Counted from the first letter of the stretch, positions 16,325 through 28,102 are shown. The stretch: DNA of 51,601 nucleotides from Bacteroidales bacterium (GCA_003520925.1 DOTV01000196.1:1-51601), one strand, 5' to 3'. A program made the numbers and translations. The notes: generated by a model from the letters alone, not told the origin.

Positions 16325-17254
16325 TTATTTTCTGGAGATCCAGGTTCCCGGGAACTTCTTTGAAATGCTGTCTCTTGTTGAGATAGCCTTTTCCTTGCTG
16401 GTACAAGTCATGGCTGTGACCCTGTAAAAGCCATTTGAAGCCTGATTTATTTCAGGTTCATATCCGTCAGCTTTAAGGATCTCGACATGCGAAAGTGCAT
16501 TTCCCTGCGATCTAAAGCTTCCTGTAATTATAGTATATTGAACTTCATCAGCCGGTTCCGCTGGAACTTCGGGCTTTACAGGCTTACTGGTGTCAGGGAC
16601 AATTAGAGCAGCTTCATCGATTGCCTTTTTATTATTTTCAAATTCAGCGGTGACTAGCGGGTTAAGTGAAGTTGTCTCAATGCTGGTTTTAAAAAGATCT
16701 GTTTTCAGGGGAACGGCTATCAGCAATGCCAGTACAGGAATCAGAACAGCCGCTCGCCACAGGTTCTTCCTGGTGACACTAATCCTTACAGGTTCCCTGC
16801 TGATATGCCTGGTGACCCTTTTACGAACATCATATTGCCTAGCCGGATACCACTGAAATGATTCAAGTCCGTATGAACCAGGATGATAATTAATATTCGG
16901 TTCAGGTTCAAACAGGATATTGTTTTCCCTGTTGTAGACAAAAGTCCCGATATGATCAAACACCACCTGTTCTCCTTTTTCAAGCCGTCCTTTAAGCACT
17001 TTAACAAACTCTTCCACCAGATGACGGGAATCTCCGTAATTGACACCGGTAGTCTGGGAAATCTTGCCTATAAGGAGACCGTCGTTGTGATTAAGATTAC
17101 TGTTGAAGGAGATTTTCCTGGAAGGAGGATAAAAAGTTCCGGAATTTTCATCGGCATAAGCAGGTGAGAAATTCCCAATAAGCCCTCCAAAGCCTGGTAC
17201 AATGACACAATCATGTACAAACAATAGTTCTCTTATGAAGGCTTTTATATCCAC
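16325..17254 (-). CDS. HU-like domain + SPOR domain protein (peptidoglycan-binding, single TM)
   Basis: N-terminal HU-CCDC81-like module (MDIKAFIRELLFVHDCVIVPGFGG), a central TM helix (AAVLIPVLALLIAVPL) and a C-terminal SPOR-like domain (YTIITGSFRSQGNA...GFYRVT). Confidence 0.7.
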   Translation of the reverse strand: MDIKAFIRELLFVHDCVIVPGFGGLIGNFSPAYADENSGTFYPPSRKISFNSNLNHNDGLLIGKISQTTGVNYGDSRHLVEEFVKVLKGRLEKGEQVVFDHIGTFVYNRENNILFEPEPNINYHPGSYGLESFQWYPARQYDVRKRVTRHISREPVRISVTRKNLWRAAVLIPVLALLIAVPLKTDLFKTSIETTSLNPLVTAEFENNKKAIDEAALIVPDTSKPVKPEVPAEPADEVQYTIITGSFRSQGNALSHVEILKADGYEPEINQASNGFYRVTAMTCTSKEKAISTRDSISKKFPGTWISRK

Positions 17255-17451
17255 GAAAATAATCTTTTACCGGCTCATAAAATAAGATCAAACGAGAGGC
17301 TTTCCCTAAAAAAACCGGTTGATGTTATTAACATTTTAACAACACATTGTCACCATTCCCGGAAAAGAATTATAAATGAAATGAGCCTGATGCAGTTAAA
17401 AATATTCCGGCTGAAAAATATTATCTTCGTACCTTTAATAAAATCTTTCGG

Positions 17452-18587
17452 ATGAGAGATATTCAGATGGTTGACCTGAAGACACAGTATGAAAGAATCA
17501 GGTCTGAAATTGATGATGCAATTTTTTCCGTAATAAATTCGACAGCCTTTATTAAGGGACCGGGAGTAAAATTATTCGAGGAGGAATTACAGACATATCT
17601 TGGAGTAAAACATGTCATCTCATGCGCCAACGGGACAGATGCTCTTCAGATAGCAATGATGTCGCTCGGGCTGAAACCCGGGGATGAGGTCATCACCACA
17701 AATTTCACTTTTATTGCCACAGTCGAAGCAGTTGCCCTGTTGGGATTGAAACCTGTTATTGCCGATCCGGAACCAGGAAATTTTAACCTGTCAGTTAAGG
17801 AAATCAGGAATGCCATAACACCTAAGACGCGGGCAATAGTCCCCGTACATCTTTTCGGGCAATGTTCTGATATGGACGGGATAATGAAGCTTGCCCGGGA
17901 ATATGATCTTCTCGTTATTGAAGATGCCGCTCAGGCAACAGGAACCGATTATTACTTTCCCGACGGCACCACAAAAAAGGCCGGGACAATAGGGAACGCA
18001 GGTACTACATCCTTTTTCCCTTCAAAGAACCTTGGATGTTACGGTGATGGAGGAGCAGTTTATACAAATGACGATGAGCTGGCAGGTAAGCTGAGGAGCA
18101 TTGCAAATCACGGAATGAAAATGCGGTATCATTACAATGATATTGGTGTCAACTCAAGGCTCGACACAATACAGGCGGAAATATTAAGAGTCAAGTTGAG
18201 ATATCTCGATCAGTTCAATGATGCCAGAAGAGCTGTTGCCGATTATTACGATAAAGCCTTTGAAGGTTGTTCCGGTATTGAAGTTCCTGTAAGGGAAAGC
18301 TATTCATCCCATATTTTTCATCAATATACAATCAGGATTGAAAACGGTAAAAGGGATCCCCTGAAGAGGCATCTTGAAGAAAATAAAATCCCTGCAATGA
18401 TCTATTATCCCGGGCCGCTGCACATGCAGGAAGCCTACCGCTATCTGGGGTATAGGGAATCTGATTTCCCGGTTACAGACAAGCTGTGTAAAACGGTTCT
18501 GTCTCTGCCAATCCACACTGAAATGGAGAAGGATCAGCTGGATTTTATCACTAAAACAATCCTAAACTTTTTTGAAAGAAATCAATA

Positions 18588-18588
<1 letters not shown>
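17452..18588 (+). CDS. DegT/DnrJ/EryC1/StrS-family sugar aminotransferase (WbpE-like)
   Basis: PLP-dependent sugar aminotransferase fold ([13 protein letters not shown]..., [14 protein letters not shown]). It is followed by an acetyltransferase and an oxidoreductase, as in the Wbp pathway. Confidence 0.8.
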
Positions 18589-20146
<1,558 letters not shown>

Positions 20147-20176
20147 AAAAGCGTTGAAAACCATTTACAGGAGCAT

Positions 20177-21211
20177 ATGATGAAAAAGAAAATAATTGTG
20201 ACAGGAGGGACAGGATATATAGGGTCCCATACGACTGTTGAGCTTATTGAAGATGGATTTGAAGTAGTTATTATCGATAACCTCTATAACTCCGAAGCAG
20301 AAGTTGCTGACCGGATCTTTCAGATAACCGGGATCAGGCCTTTACTTGCTGTTTTTGATCTATGTGACAGGGAAAAATTGCAATCTTTCCTTCAGAGCCA
20401 GGGAAACATTGATGGCATAATTCATTTCGCCGCATATAAGGCTGTTGGTGAATCAGTTAACAAACCACTTGAATATTACCGGAACAATCTCCTGTCCTTG
20501 ATCAACCTCCTGGAAGCCATGAAAACCTGCGGCATCCCGAATCTTGTGTTTTCCTCATCATGTACCGTCTACGGACAGCCGGCTAAGCTCCCTGTGGCAG
20601 AAGATGCACCAGTTCAGCCGGCAATGTCGCCTTATGGAAACACAAAGCAGATCGGCGAAGAGATAATACGAGACACCGCCGCTGCAACAGAAAAAATAAA
20701 AGCAATCGCATTAAGATATTTTAATCCTATAGGAGCACATCCCTCAGCACTCATCGGTGAGCTTCCAAGAGGAGTCCCCGAGAATCTTGTTCCTTATATA
20801 ACCCAGACTGCCTATGGTCTCCGGAAAGAGCTGAAGGTTTTCGGCAATGATTACAATACTCCCGACGGCTCATGTATAAGGGATTACCTTCATGTTGTTG
20901 ACCTGGCCAAAGCTCATGTAACAGCAGTAAAAAGACTTGTTGAGAACAAGAACAAATCTGACTATGAGGTCTTTAATCTCGGAACGGGCATGGGAGTATC
21001 AGTTCTTGAAGCAATTAAATCGTTTGAACGGGTTACAGGAATAAATCTGAATTACCAGATCACCGGGCGCAGGGCAGGAGATATTGAAAAGATATGGGCC
21101 GATCCATCACTTGCTAACAGGGAACTTGGGTGGAGGACCGTCAGTACCCTTGATGAATCGATGAAAACAGCCTGGGAATGGGAAAAATATATACGAAAGG
21201 ATAAAAAATAA
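20177..21211 (+). CDS. galE: UDP-glucose 4-epimerase
   Basis: SDR-extended fold: IIVTGGTGYIGSH, and a catalytic YxxxK (SPYGNTKQ). Confidence 0.9.
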   Translation: MMKKKIIVTGGTGYIGSHTTVELIEDGFEVVIIDNLYNSEAEVADRIFQITGIRPLLAVFDLCDREKLQSFLQSQGNIDGIIHFAAYKAVGESVNKPLEYYRNNLLSLINLLEAMKTCGIPNLVFSSSCTVYGQPAKLPVAEDAPVQPAMSPYGNTKQIGEEIIRDTAAATEKIKAIALRYFNPIGAHPSALIGELPRGVPENLVPYITQTAYGLRKELKVFGNDYNTPDGSCIRDYLHVVDLAKAHVTAVKRLVENKNKSDYEVFNLGTGMGVSVLEAIKSFERVTGINLNYQITGRRAGDIEKIWADPSLANRELGWRTVSTLDESMKTAWEWEKYIRKDKK

Positions 21212-22272
21212 TGGCACCTGAAAAAACAATACTCGTGACCGGAGGCGCCGGATTCATTGGATCACATGTGGTGAGGAGGTTTGTAACCAAATATCCCGGA
21301 TACAGGATTATAAATGCTGACAAGCTTACTTATGCAGGAAATCTGGAGAATCTCACAGATATAGAGGAAAAGAGAAATTACCTTTTCGAAAAGACCGATA
21401 TTGTCAATAAACAGGCTGTTTCAGATCTTTTCTTTAAGTACCGCTTTGACGGAATAATACATCTGGCAGCAGAATCGCATGTTGACAGGTCAATCACTGC
21501 ACCCGATGAATTTGTTCATACAAATATTGTAGGAACAGTTAACCTGCTTAATGCAGCTCTCAGCTTATGGAAGGAGGATACTGAAGGAAAATTGTTTTAT
21601 CATATTTCCACGGATGAAGTTTACGGATCACTTGGAAGAGTAGGATTGTTCACAGAGGAAACTGCATATGATCCTAAAAGTCCATATTCTGCCTCGAAGG
21701 CCAGCTCCGACCATATGGTAAGGGCATATGGCCATACATTCGGTCTTCCTGTAATAATTTCAAACTGTTCAAATAATTACGGCCCGAACCAGTTCCCGGA
21801 GAAACTGATTCCTCTTGCAATAAATAACATTAAGAACAACAGGTCAATTCCAGTTTATGGAAAGGGCGAAAATATACGCGACTGGCTCTATGTTGAAGAC
21901 CATGCCTCAGCAATTGACCTGATATTTCATAAGGGAAAGATTGGTGAGACTTATAATATCGGCGGTAATAACGAATGGAAAAACATTGACCTGATAAAGC
22001 TCCTCTGCAAAATCATGGACAGGAAGCTTGGTCGTCAGGAAGGGTCTTCAGAAAAGCTGATTATTTACGTAAAGGACCGGCCGGGGCACGACCTTCGGTA
22101 CGCTATAGATTCATCAAAGCTTCAGAATGAACTTGGGTGGGCACCAATACCTGAATTTGCTGCCGGACTTGAAAAGACAGTTGACTGGTATCTCTCCAAC
22201 AGCAAGTGGCTCGAAAGGATTATCTCGGGAGATTATGAGAAATATTATGACAGGATGTACTCGGGCAGATAA
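21211..22272 (+). CDS. rfbB: dTDP-glucose 4,6-dehydratase
   Basis: ILVTGGAGFIGSH, HLAAESHVDRS, ISTDEVYG and YSASKASSD motifs. The start overlaps the galE stop (TAATG). Confidence 0.9.
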   Translation: MAPEKTILVTGGAGFIGSHVVRRFVTKYPGYRIINADKLTYAGNLENLTDIEEKRNYLFEKTDIVNKQAVSDLFFKYRFDGIIHLAAESHVDRSITAPDEFVHTNIVGTVNLLNAALSLWKEDTEGKLFYHISTDEVYGSLGRVGLFTEETAYDPKSPYSASKASSDHMVRAYGHTFGLPVIISNCSNNYGPNQFPEKLIPLAINNIKNNRSIPVYGKGENIRDWLYVEDHASAIDLIFHKGKIGETYNIGGNNEWKNIDLIKLLCKIMDRKLGRQEGSSEKLIIYVKDRPGHDLRYAIDSSKLQNELGWAPIPEFAAGLEKTVDWYLSNSKWLERIISGDYEKYYDRMYSGR

Positions 22273-22277
22273 ACAGC

Positions 22278-24278
22278 TCAGTTCTTAAAACTGTTCATCC
22301 TTTTAATAAGCTCATCTCCCAGGGCACTCTTTTGCTTTATATGTTCCTGTATGGCGGCGACAACGCTGTTTGAATGAAAATCCCCTCTGACTTCTTCAAA
22401 ATCAAGCTTTTTGATCTCATCACCACCATCAATTCCAAAGCCGGTCATCGAAGACAGATTGAATTCCTTCCTGGCATCATCATAAAGCATTTTATCGAGG
22501 TCGATAACACTTTTTTTCCATTTTTCAACCATACCTATCACGTCAGCAGCTGTGAAATCTTTAACAGATTTCCCGGTCTCTTCCTCAATCCTCTCACATG
22601 CCCATGTCCACTCCCATTTGTAATAAGATCCATGCATCTTCCTGAATGCTTCCGCAACCCCTTCGATTGTATTTATTTTGTCCGATTCGATATCATCAAG
22701 TAACTTGCTTACTGCCTGTTTTGGTGCAATCAATCCTGCAATGTCTACCCACTCACCTTTCCCCATCGACTGATCAGGAGCGAGCCTTTTACGCAATTCA
22801 CCGTTCGATTTAAAATTAATGTTCTCAAGTCTTTTGATAAGAGAGTTGCCAAGGAATTTATTTATCCCGGTCTGGTACAACTCAATTCCCTTTTCAAGCG
22901 AACTGCCTTTGATCTTCATATTATTGTAAGAATAGGATCCGGAACCTGTTCCAGATACCGCTTTGAGTTTGCGGAGGAGCTCCCTTCCTTCGAACATTTT
23001 TCGAATAGTATACGGGCTAAGAAGATTGAAATTAACCTGATCGTGTTTGACAGGATCTTTTCTCCTGTCGCGGACAGGCCACTTCTGTGCATCCCTTATT
23101 GTACCAACGCTTCTCAGGTTTATGCCCGGAACGAGTATGCTTTCATCGTTGCTTTCAATAAGATATGAGAAAGGAAGTGATGAAGTATCCATATTCTTGT
23201 AATGACGACCCATAACAAGGGTGTAAGGACCAATACGGGCGGGCCAAAGCACATAAGAATCGCTTGTAGTTTTGGATCCCCTTTCCATTATACCCTGATG
23301 TATGGGGCCAAGTTTGTACATGTGATTGCTCTGATTCGATCCGCTGCCTGCATTCATGAACGAGAAAATACCAGCAATGAGCAGAGTCGATTTATGGTGG
23401 GTTACAGTATACGGACCTGCAAATATTGAACATGCTTCGCCGTGATAGCCTCCGCAGTTTGCAAAAAAAAGCGAATTCTCAGCTGAGTAGTGCTTCCCCA
23501 GAACGCACCCCTGACCAATAAAGCATTTGTCAATGAGGGTCGATTCAGTCACAATTGAACCGGAGCAGACAATGAAATGTTCCATAATTACTCCGGGTCC
23601 GATGAATACAGGATCCTCCCTGCAGCTGTTAACCGATCCTTCATCAAGCTTTATGCTCTCCTCGATGTGGCTGAAAGGGCCGATCCTGACATTCCTGATC
23701 TGCCTGCAGCTCATTATCCTGGAACCTGTTCCGATTATTCCGGTATCAGAACTTTTCGATTTTGAATAGTCGCGTATCATAAGCTCCATTTTCTTTATAG
23801 CTTTTACACGGTGACGGTAAAGAGCTATAATATATGCCTGATGCGCCGACAGATGGTCCCAGATCATCACTGACCTGCCGCCTGTTTCATTAAGAACAGC
23901 TACTTCAGTTCCGTTGCCGAAGGAAGAGAAGCCATGCATACTTATCTTTCCGCAGTTAGAAATGACCACATCATCTTCAATCCGGTAATTTGCAATATAG
24001 TCCCCTATGTTCTTAATAAGCACATTTGAACCAATATCACAATTGTGAATGTGTGCATTGATAATACCGCACATAACGCTTACCCCCGACTCGTCGGTAT
24101 ATGATTTCCCGAAGCTCCCAAGCCTTATGTCACCCGAAAAAGTGACATTAATGCACCTTGAGGGATCAAATCCTTCTGTCACCTGAACCCTGCCCCAGTC
24201 ATCACAACTGCAGCTGTTTGAAATCAGTTCTTTTATCTCCGCTACAGTAAGTTTTCTGAATTTATTGGTGGATTTCAT
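22278..24278 (-). CDS. conserved hypothetical beta-helix protein (DUF4954-like)
   Basis: 666 aa counted from MKSTNKFRKLTVAEIKELISN. The central part has irregular hexapeptide/beta-helix-like repeats and the C-terminal part looks helical. The ORF-track start at 24440 would overlap glmS, so ATG 24278 is chosen. It lies 19 nt downstream of glmS. Confidence 0.7.
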   Translation of the reverse strand: MKSTNKFRKLTVAEIKELISNSCSCDDWGRVQVTEGFDPSRCINVTFSGDIRLGSFGKSYTDESGVSVMCGIINAHIHNCDIGSNVLIKNIGDYIANYRIEDDVVISNCGKISMHGFSSFGNGTEVAVLNETGGRSVMIWDHLSAHQAYIIALYRHRVKAIKKMELMIRDYSKSKSSDTGIIGTGSRIMSCRQIRNVRIGPFSHIEESIKLDEGSVNSCREDPVFIGPGVIMEHFIVCSGSIVTESTLIDKCFIGQGCVLGKHYSAENSLFFANCGGYHGEACSIFAGPYTVTHHKSTLLIAGIFSFMNAGSGSNQSNHMYKLGPIHQGIMERGSKTTSDSYVLWPARIGPYTLVMGRHYKNMDTSSLPFSYLIESNDESILVPGINLRSVGTIRDAQKWPVRDRRKDPVKHDQVNFNLLSPYTIRKMFEGRELLRKLKAVSGTGSGSYSYNNMKIKGSSLEKGIELYQTGINKFLGNSLIKRLENINFKSNGELRKRLAPDQSMGKGEWVDIAGLIAPKQAVSKLLDDIESDKINTIEGVAEAFRKMHGSYYKWEWTWACERIEEETGKSVKDFTAADVIGMVEKWKKSVIDLDKMLYDDARKEFNLSSMTGFGIDGGDEIKKLDFEEVRGDFHSNSVVAAIQEHIKQKSALGDELIKRMNSFKN

Positions 24279-24297
24279 TACAGAAGGGTTTTTTGTT

Positions 24298-26133
24298 CTA
24301 TTCAACAGTAACAGATTTGGCAAGATTTCTTGGCTGATCGACATTGCATCCCCTGAGGACTGCAATGTGGTACGATAACAGCTGAAGGGGAATAACTGCC
24401 AGTATTCCCGAAAATGCCGGAAGCGTCTCCGGAACCTCAAGGACGTAATCAGCCATTTTCCGTATTAGCTCGTCGCCTTCGGTCACAATGGCTATTACAT
24501 TTCCCTTTCTTGCCTTGATTTCCTGGATATTACTTACAATCTTATCGTAAATATCGTCCTTTGTCGCAACGACTACTACAGGCATGTTTTCATCAATAAG
24601 GGCGATAGGACCATGTTTCATTTCAGCTGCCGGGTAACCTTCGGCATGGATATAGGATATCTCCTTAAGCTTTAGTGCTCCTTCGAGTGCAACAGGGAAA
24701 AGATATCCCCTGCCAAGGTACAGTGCATTTCTGGTTTGCTGATATTTTTTTGCAAGCTCAAGGGCCTGGTCGTTTACCTGAAGCGTCTTTTCAATTTTTG
24801 CCGGAATGGAGACCAGTTCATCAATGAGCTGACTATAGGTTTCAGCTGTGATCACACCTTTCAGAAAGCCAATTTCGAATGCCATCATTGCCAACACTGT
24901 AACCTGTGTTGTAAAAGCCTTGGTGGATGCAACTCCTATTTCAGGACCTGCATGTGTATAGACCCCCGCATCAGTTTCGCGCGGGATGCTTGAACCGACA
25001 ACATTGCAGATACCGATTACTTTTGCTCCCCGTTCCTTTGCCATTTTTACCGCGGCCAGAGTATCGGCAGTCTCACCGCTCTGGCTTATTGCAATCACGA
25101 TATCGCCCTTCTTTATTATAGGATCCCTGTAGCGGAATTCCGATGCATATTCAACCTCAACAGGTATCCTTGTAAATTCCTCAAAGAGATACTCACCTAG
25201 TAAACCTGCATGCCATGAAGTGCCGCAGGCTACAATGATAATTTTTTCCGATTGTGAAACTGTTTCCAGAACATTATGAAGGCCGCCCAGCATTATTCCG
25301 CTGTGATCGGGAAGAACTCTTCCCCTGAATGTGTCGTGTATTGCTCTTGGCTGTTCAAATATCTCCTTAAGCATGAAGTGAGCAAATCCTTCCTTATCAA
25401 TCTCCCCGATCTTAAGGTCGACTTCCTTTACTTCAGGTTCAATATTTTTCGGACGTATTGATTTGAGTATCAGTTCATCTCTCTTAATAATTGCAATGTC
25501 ATCATCCTTCAGATAAATAACCCTTTGTGTGTATTCAACAATAGGTGTGGCATCGGAAGCAATGAAATTCTCTCCCTCTCCTACACCTATCACCAGAGGA
25601 CTTCCTTTTCTGGCTGCAAAGAGCCTGTCGGTTTCCTTTGTACATATTATGACGAGCCCATATGCCCCCTCAACCCTGTTAAGTGCAAGTGTGATTGCCT
25701 GTTCCGCTGTAAGATCGCCCTCAAGGTAGAGGTGTTCGATAAGATTGGCAAGCACTTCTGTGTCGGTCTGGCTGTTGAACTGGATCCCGCGGCTTTGCAA
25801 ATGTTTTTTGATCAGTGCGTAATTTTCGATTATCCCGTTATGGACCACAATAAAATTACCTTTATATGAAACCTGAGGGTGAGCATTTAATTCATTTGGT
25901 TCCCCATGCGTTGCCCATCTTGTATGACCCATCCCCACCGTTCCGTTAAAATCAGAGCTGTTAACCATCTTTTCCAGATCCTCAACTCTGCCTTTGCATT
26001 TTAAGATCTTTGTTTCCCCGTTGATAATAGCCAGCCCGGCAGAGTCATATCCCCGGTATTCAAGTCGTTTAAGCCCTTTAATTACGATTTCCCTTGCAGG
26101 TTTTAATCCGATATACCCAACTATTCCGCACAT
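24298..26133 (-). CDS. glmS: glutamine--fructose-6-phosphate aminotransferase
   Basis: MCGIVGY Ntn-amidotransferase start, two SIS domains, and C-terminal ...NLAKSVTVE. Confidence 0.97.
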   Translation of the reverse strand: MCGIVGYIGLKPAREIVIKGLKRLEYRGYDSAGLAIINGETKILKCKGRVEDLEKMVNSSDFNGTVGMGHTRWATHGEPNELNAHPQVSYKGNFIVVHNGIIENYALIKKHLQSRGIQFNSQTDTEVLANLIEHLYLEGDLTAEQAITLALNRVEGAYGLVIICTKETDRLFAARKGSPLVIGVGEGENFIASDATPIVEYTQRVIYLKDDDIAIIKRDELILKSIRPKNIEPEVKEVDLKIGEIDKEGFAHFMLKEIFEQPRAIHDTFRGRVLPDHSGIMLGGLHNVLETVSQSEKIIIVACGTSWHAGLLGEYLFEEFTRIPVEVEYASEFRYRDPIIKKGDIVIAISQSGETADTLAAVKMAKERGAKVIGICNVVGSSIPRETDAGVYTHAGPEIGVASTKAFTTQVTVLAMMAFEIGFLKGVITAETYSQLIDELVSIPAKIEKTLQVNDQALELAKKYQQTRNALYLGRGYLFPVALEGALKLKEISYIHAEGYPAAEMKHGPIALIDENMPVVVVATKDDIYDKIVSNIQEIKARKGNVIAIVTEGDELIRKMADYVLEVPETLPAFSGILAVIPLQLLSYHIAVLRGCNVDQPRNLAKSVTVE

Positions 26134-26241
26134 AAGCTATTATTATTAGAAATGAAAAATCACGGGCCGAAGTTCAGTCCGTATCAGCTGAAAAAACGGT
26201 TGAATGATTTCAATTATTGCAGAAGTGTATAAAGAAGGTGT

Positions 26242-27048
26242 TCAGGAGAGCAACTTATCATAAAAGTCATTATAGGCATCTATGTACTTGTCCTCTTCCT
26301 GGAAAGAAAGAACAGGCTTGTTTAAGGTCTTAAGGTATTTCGACAATTCAGTATTTATATCTTCACTTCCGACTATTACCGCATCGGAGTATTTAATTGC
26401 AAGTTTGGAAACACTGACAAAATCGGGATTCTTTACGAGCTTAAGGCTTTCCCCGTCAATTCCGTCGTATCTTAACTTATCGGCAAAAGTTGATCTGAAA
26501 GGAGCTATGAAATCATTGCTATAGACTGAATAGACTATTTTATAATTATGGAACAGGGGATCATCATTATAAATACTCCTGAGATACACAGGGACCAGTG
26601 ATGCCATCCATCCATGGCAATGAACTATGTCAGGAGCCCATCTCAGTTTTTTTACAGTCTCAATCACACCCCGGGCAAAAAAGAGAGCCCGCTCATCATT
26701 ATCTTCAAATTCTCTGCCCGAAGAATCCGAAACAGTGTGTTTCCTCTGGAAATAATCATCATTGTCAATAAAGTAAACCTGCATGCGTGCCGACTGTATC
26801 GAGGCAACCTTTATTATAAGAGGATGGTCGGTGTCGTCGATAATAAGATTCATACCTGAGAGCCTTATTACCTCATGAAGCTGGTTTCTTCTTTCATTAA
26901 TGCTTCCGTACCGCGGCATAAAGGTCCTGATTTCCTTACCCCTTTCCTGAATTCCCTGTGGGAGATATCTGCCTATCTTTGATAACTTGGTTTCGCCTAA
27001 ATATGGAGTGATCTCCTGAGAAATAAACAATACTTTCTTGCTTTCCAT
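26242..27048 (-). CDS. short glycogen/starch-synthase-like protein (GT5 N-terminal half only)
   Basis: KVLFISQEITPY... and HCHGWMASLVPVYL resemble the N-terminal Rossmann domain of GlgA. At 268 aa there is no C-terminal GT-B half. Confidence 0.7.
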   Translation of the reverse strand: MESKKVLFISQEITPYLGETKLSKIGRYLPQGIQERGKEIRTFMPRYGSINERRNQLHEVIRLSGMNLIIDDTDHPLIIKVASIQSARMQVYFIDNDDYFQRKHTVSDSSGREFEDNDERALFFARGVIETVKKLRWAPDIVHCHGWMASLVPVYLRSIYNDDPLFHNYKIVYSVYSNDFIAPFRSTFADKLRYDGIDGESLKLVKNPDFVSVSKLAIKYSDAVIVGSEDINTELSKYLKTLNKPVLSFQEEDKYIDAYNDFYDKLLS

Positions 27049-27083
27049 TTATATGCCTGGATATACCATTCCGTAACAACTTG

Positions 27084-27091
27084 CAAAGATA
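27084..27091 (-). promoter_or_regulatory. -7 promoter box (TATCTTTG on minus strand) upstream of the short glycogen-synthase-like gene
   Basis: Exact TAnnTTTG, 35 nt upstream of ATG 27048. Confidence 0.45.
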
Positions 27092-27197
27092 ATAATAAAA
27101 AATGATAATATTATCAATACATTGTTAATGGTATTTATGTACAACAGTCAGTTTATTTTATTTCTTTAATTACGTGACCAGATATTTTTATTTCATT

Positions 27198-27205
27198 TAG
27201 GTTTG
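27198..27205 (+). promoter_or_regulatory. -7 promoter box TAGGTTTG upstream of panC
   Basis: Exact TAnnTTTG, 17 nt before ATG 27223. Confidence 0.45.
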
Positions 27206-27222
27206 CATAAAAATCATGAATA

Positions 27223-28077
27223 ATGAAAGTAGTAAGTACTGCTGAAGAGCTTCAGAAAGCAACCAGTAGTCCGGATTCCACCCCACTCGGATTTGTACCC
27301 ACAATGGGGGCACTTCATCGCGGTCACATAACTCTTGTCCGGAATGCTGCAGGCCTCTGCCGAAAAGTTGTTGTAAGCATTTATGTCAACCCGACACAAT
27401 TCAACGATCAGGATGATCTGAAAAATTATCCAAGGACTCTTGATGATGACCTGCAATTACTCAGTCCCGTTCTGAGGGAAAATGATATTGTATTCACACC
27501 CGATGATAAAGAGATTTACCCGGTAAAGGACCGGAGGGTCTTTCATTTTGGAAATCTTGAGAATGTAATGGAGGCTTTGCACAGGCCCGGCCATTTTAAC
27601 GGGGTGGCACAGGTGGTAAGCAGGCTTTTCGAAATTGTGAAACCGGATATCGCAATTTTCGGACAAAAAGATTTTCAGCAGCTGGCAGTCATCAAAGAAC
27701 TTGTAAGACAGACAGGAAACAAGGTTAAAATTATAGACAATCCAATAGTACGGGAGGATGACGGGTTAGCCATGAGCAGCAGAAATCGTCTCCTCAGCCA
27801 GTCGATAAGGAAAAAAGCCGGCATAATCTATAAGACAATTTCTGCTGCTGCCAGCATGATAAATGAGCATGATATTCCCTATCTGATTTCTTATGTGAAG
27901 AAGAACATTGAAAGAGCAGAAGGATTCAGTGTGGAGTATTTTGAAATCGTTGATGATATTGAATTAAAACCGGTTTCTGCACGATGTGAAATGAAAAAAG
28001 AGAATAAATATTTTGGATGCATCGCAGTAAAGGCAGGAAATATCAGACTTATAGATAATATCGAAATTCCCTTGTAA
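27223..28077 (+). CDS. panC: pantoate--beta-alanine ligase
   Basis: GFVPTMGALHRGH HIGH-like motif, FGQKDFQQ and AMSSRN motifs. Confidence 0.95.
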   Translation: MKVVSTAEELQKATSSPDSTPLGFVPTMGALHRGHITLVRNAAGLCRKVVVSIYVNPTQFNDQDDLKNYPRTLDDDLQLLSPVLRENDIVFTPDDKEIYPVKDRRVFHFGNLENVMEALHRPGHFNGVAQVVSRLFEIVKPDIAIFGQKDFQQLAVIKELVRQTGNKVKIIDNPIVREDDGLAMSSRNRLLSQSIRKKAGIIYKTISAAASMINEHDIPYLISYVKKNIERAEGFSVEYFEIVDDIELKPVSARCEMKKENKYFGCIAVKAGNIRLIDNIEIPL

Positions 28078-28094
28078 TCAATTAAAAGGATACT

Positions 28095-28102
28095 TAAATT
28101 TG
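28095..28102 (+). promoter_or_regulatory. -7 promoter box TAAATTTG upstream of panD
   Basis: Exact TAnnTTTG, 25 nt before ATG 28128. Confidence 0.45.

Noticed and set aside
24279-24440. N-terminal extension of the DUF4954-like ORF (track start 24440) overlapping the last 143 nt of glmS.
   Set aside because: The extension (MRFRRRFRHFREYWQLF...) is low-complexity and arginine-rich, and it is antisense-frame noise over the glmS 3' end. An ATG at 24278 sits just downstream of the glmS stop and begins a plausible N-terminus.
26134-26241. Possible glmS ribozyme/riboswitch in the glmS 5' leader.
   Set aside because: The spacer is only 108 nt and I cannot recognise the conserved glmS ribozyme core or a convincing nested pseudoknot-type fold. 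The ribozyme is characteristic of Gram-positive lineages. cmsearch with RF00234 would settle it, and I expect a negative result.
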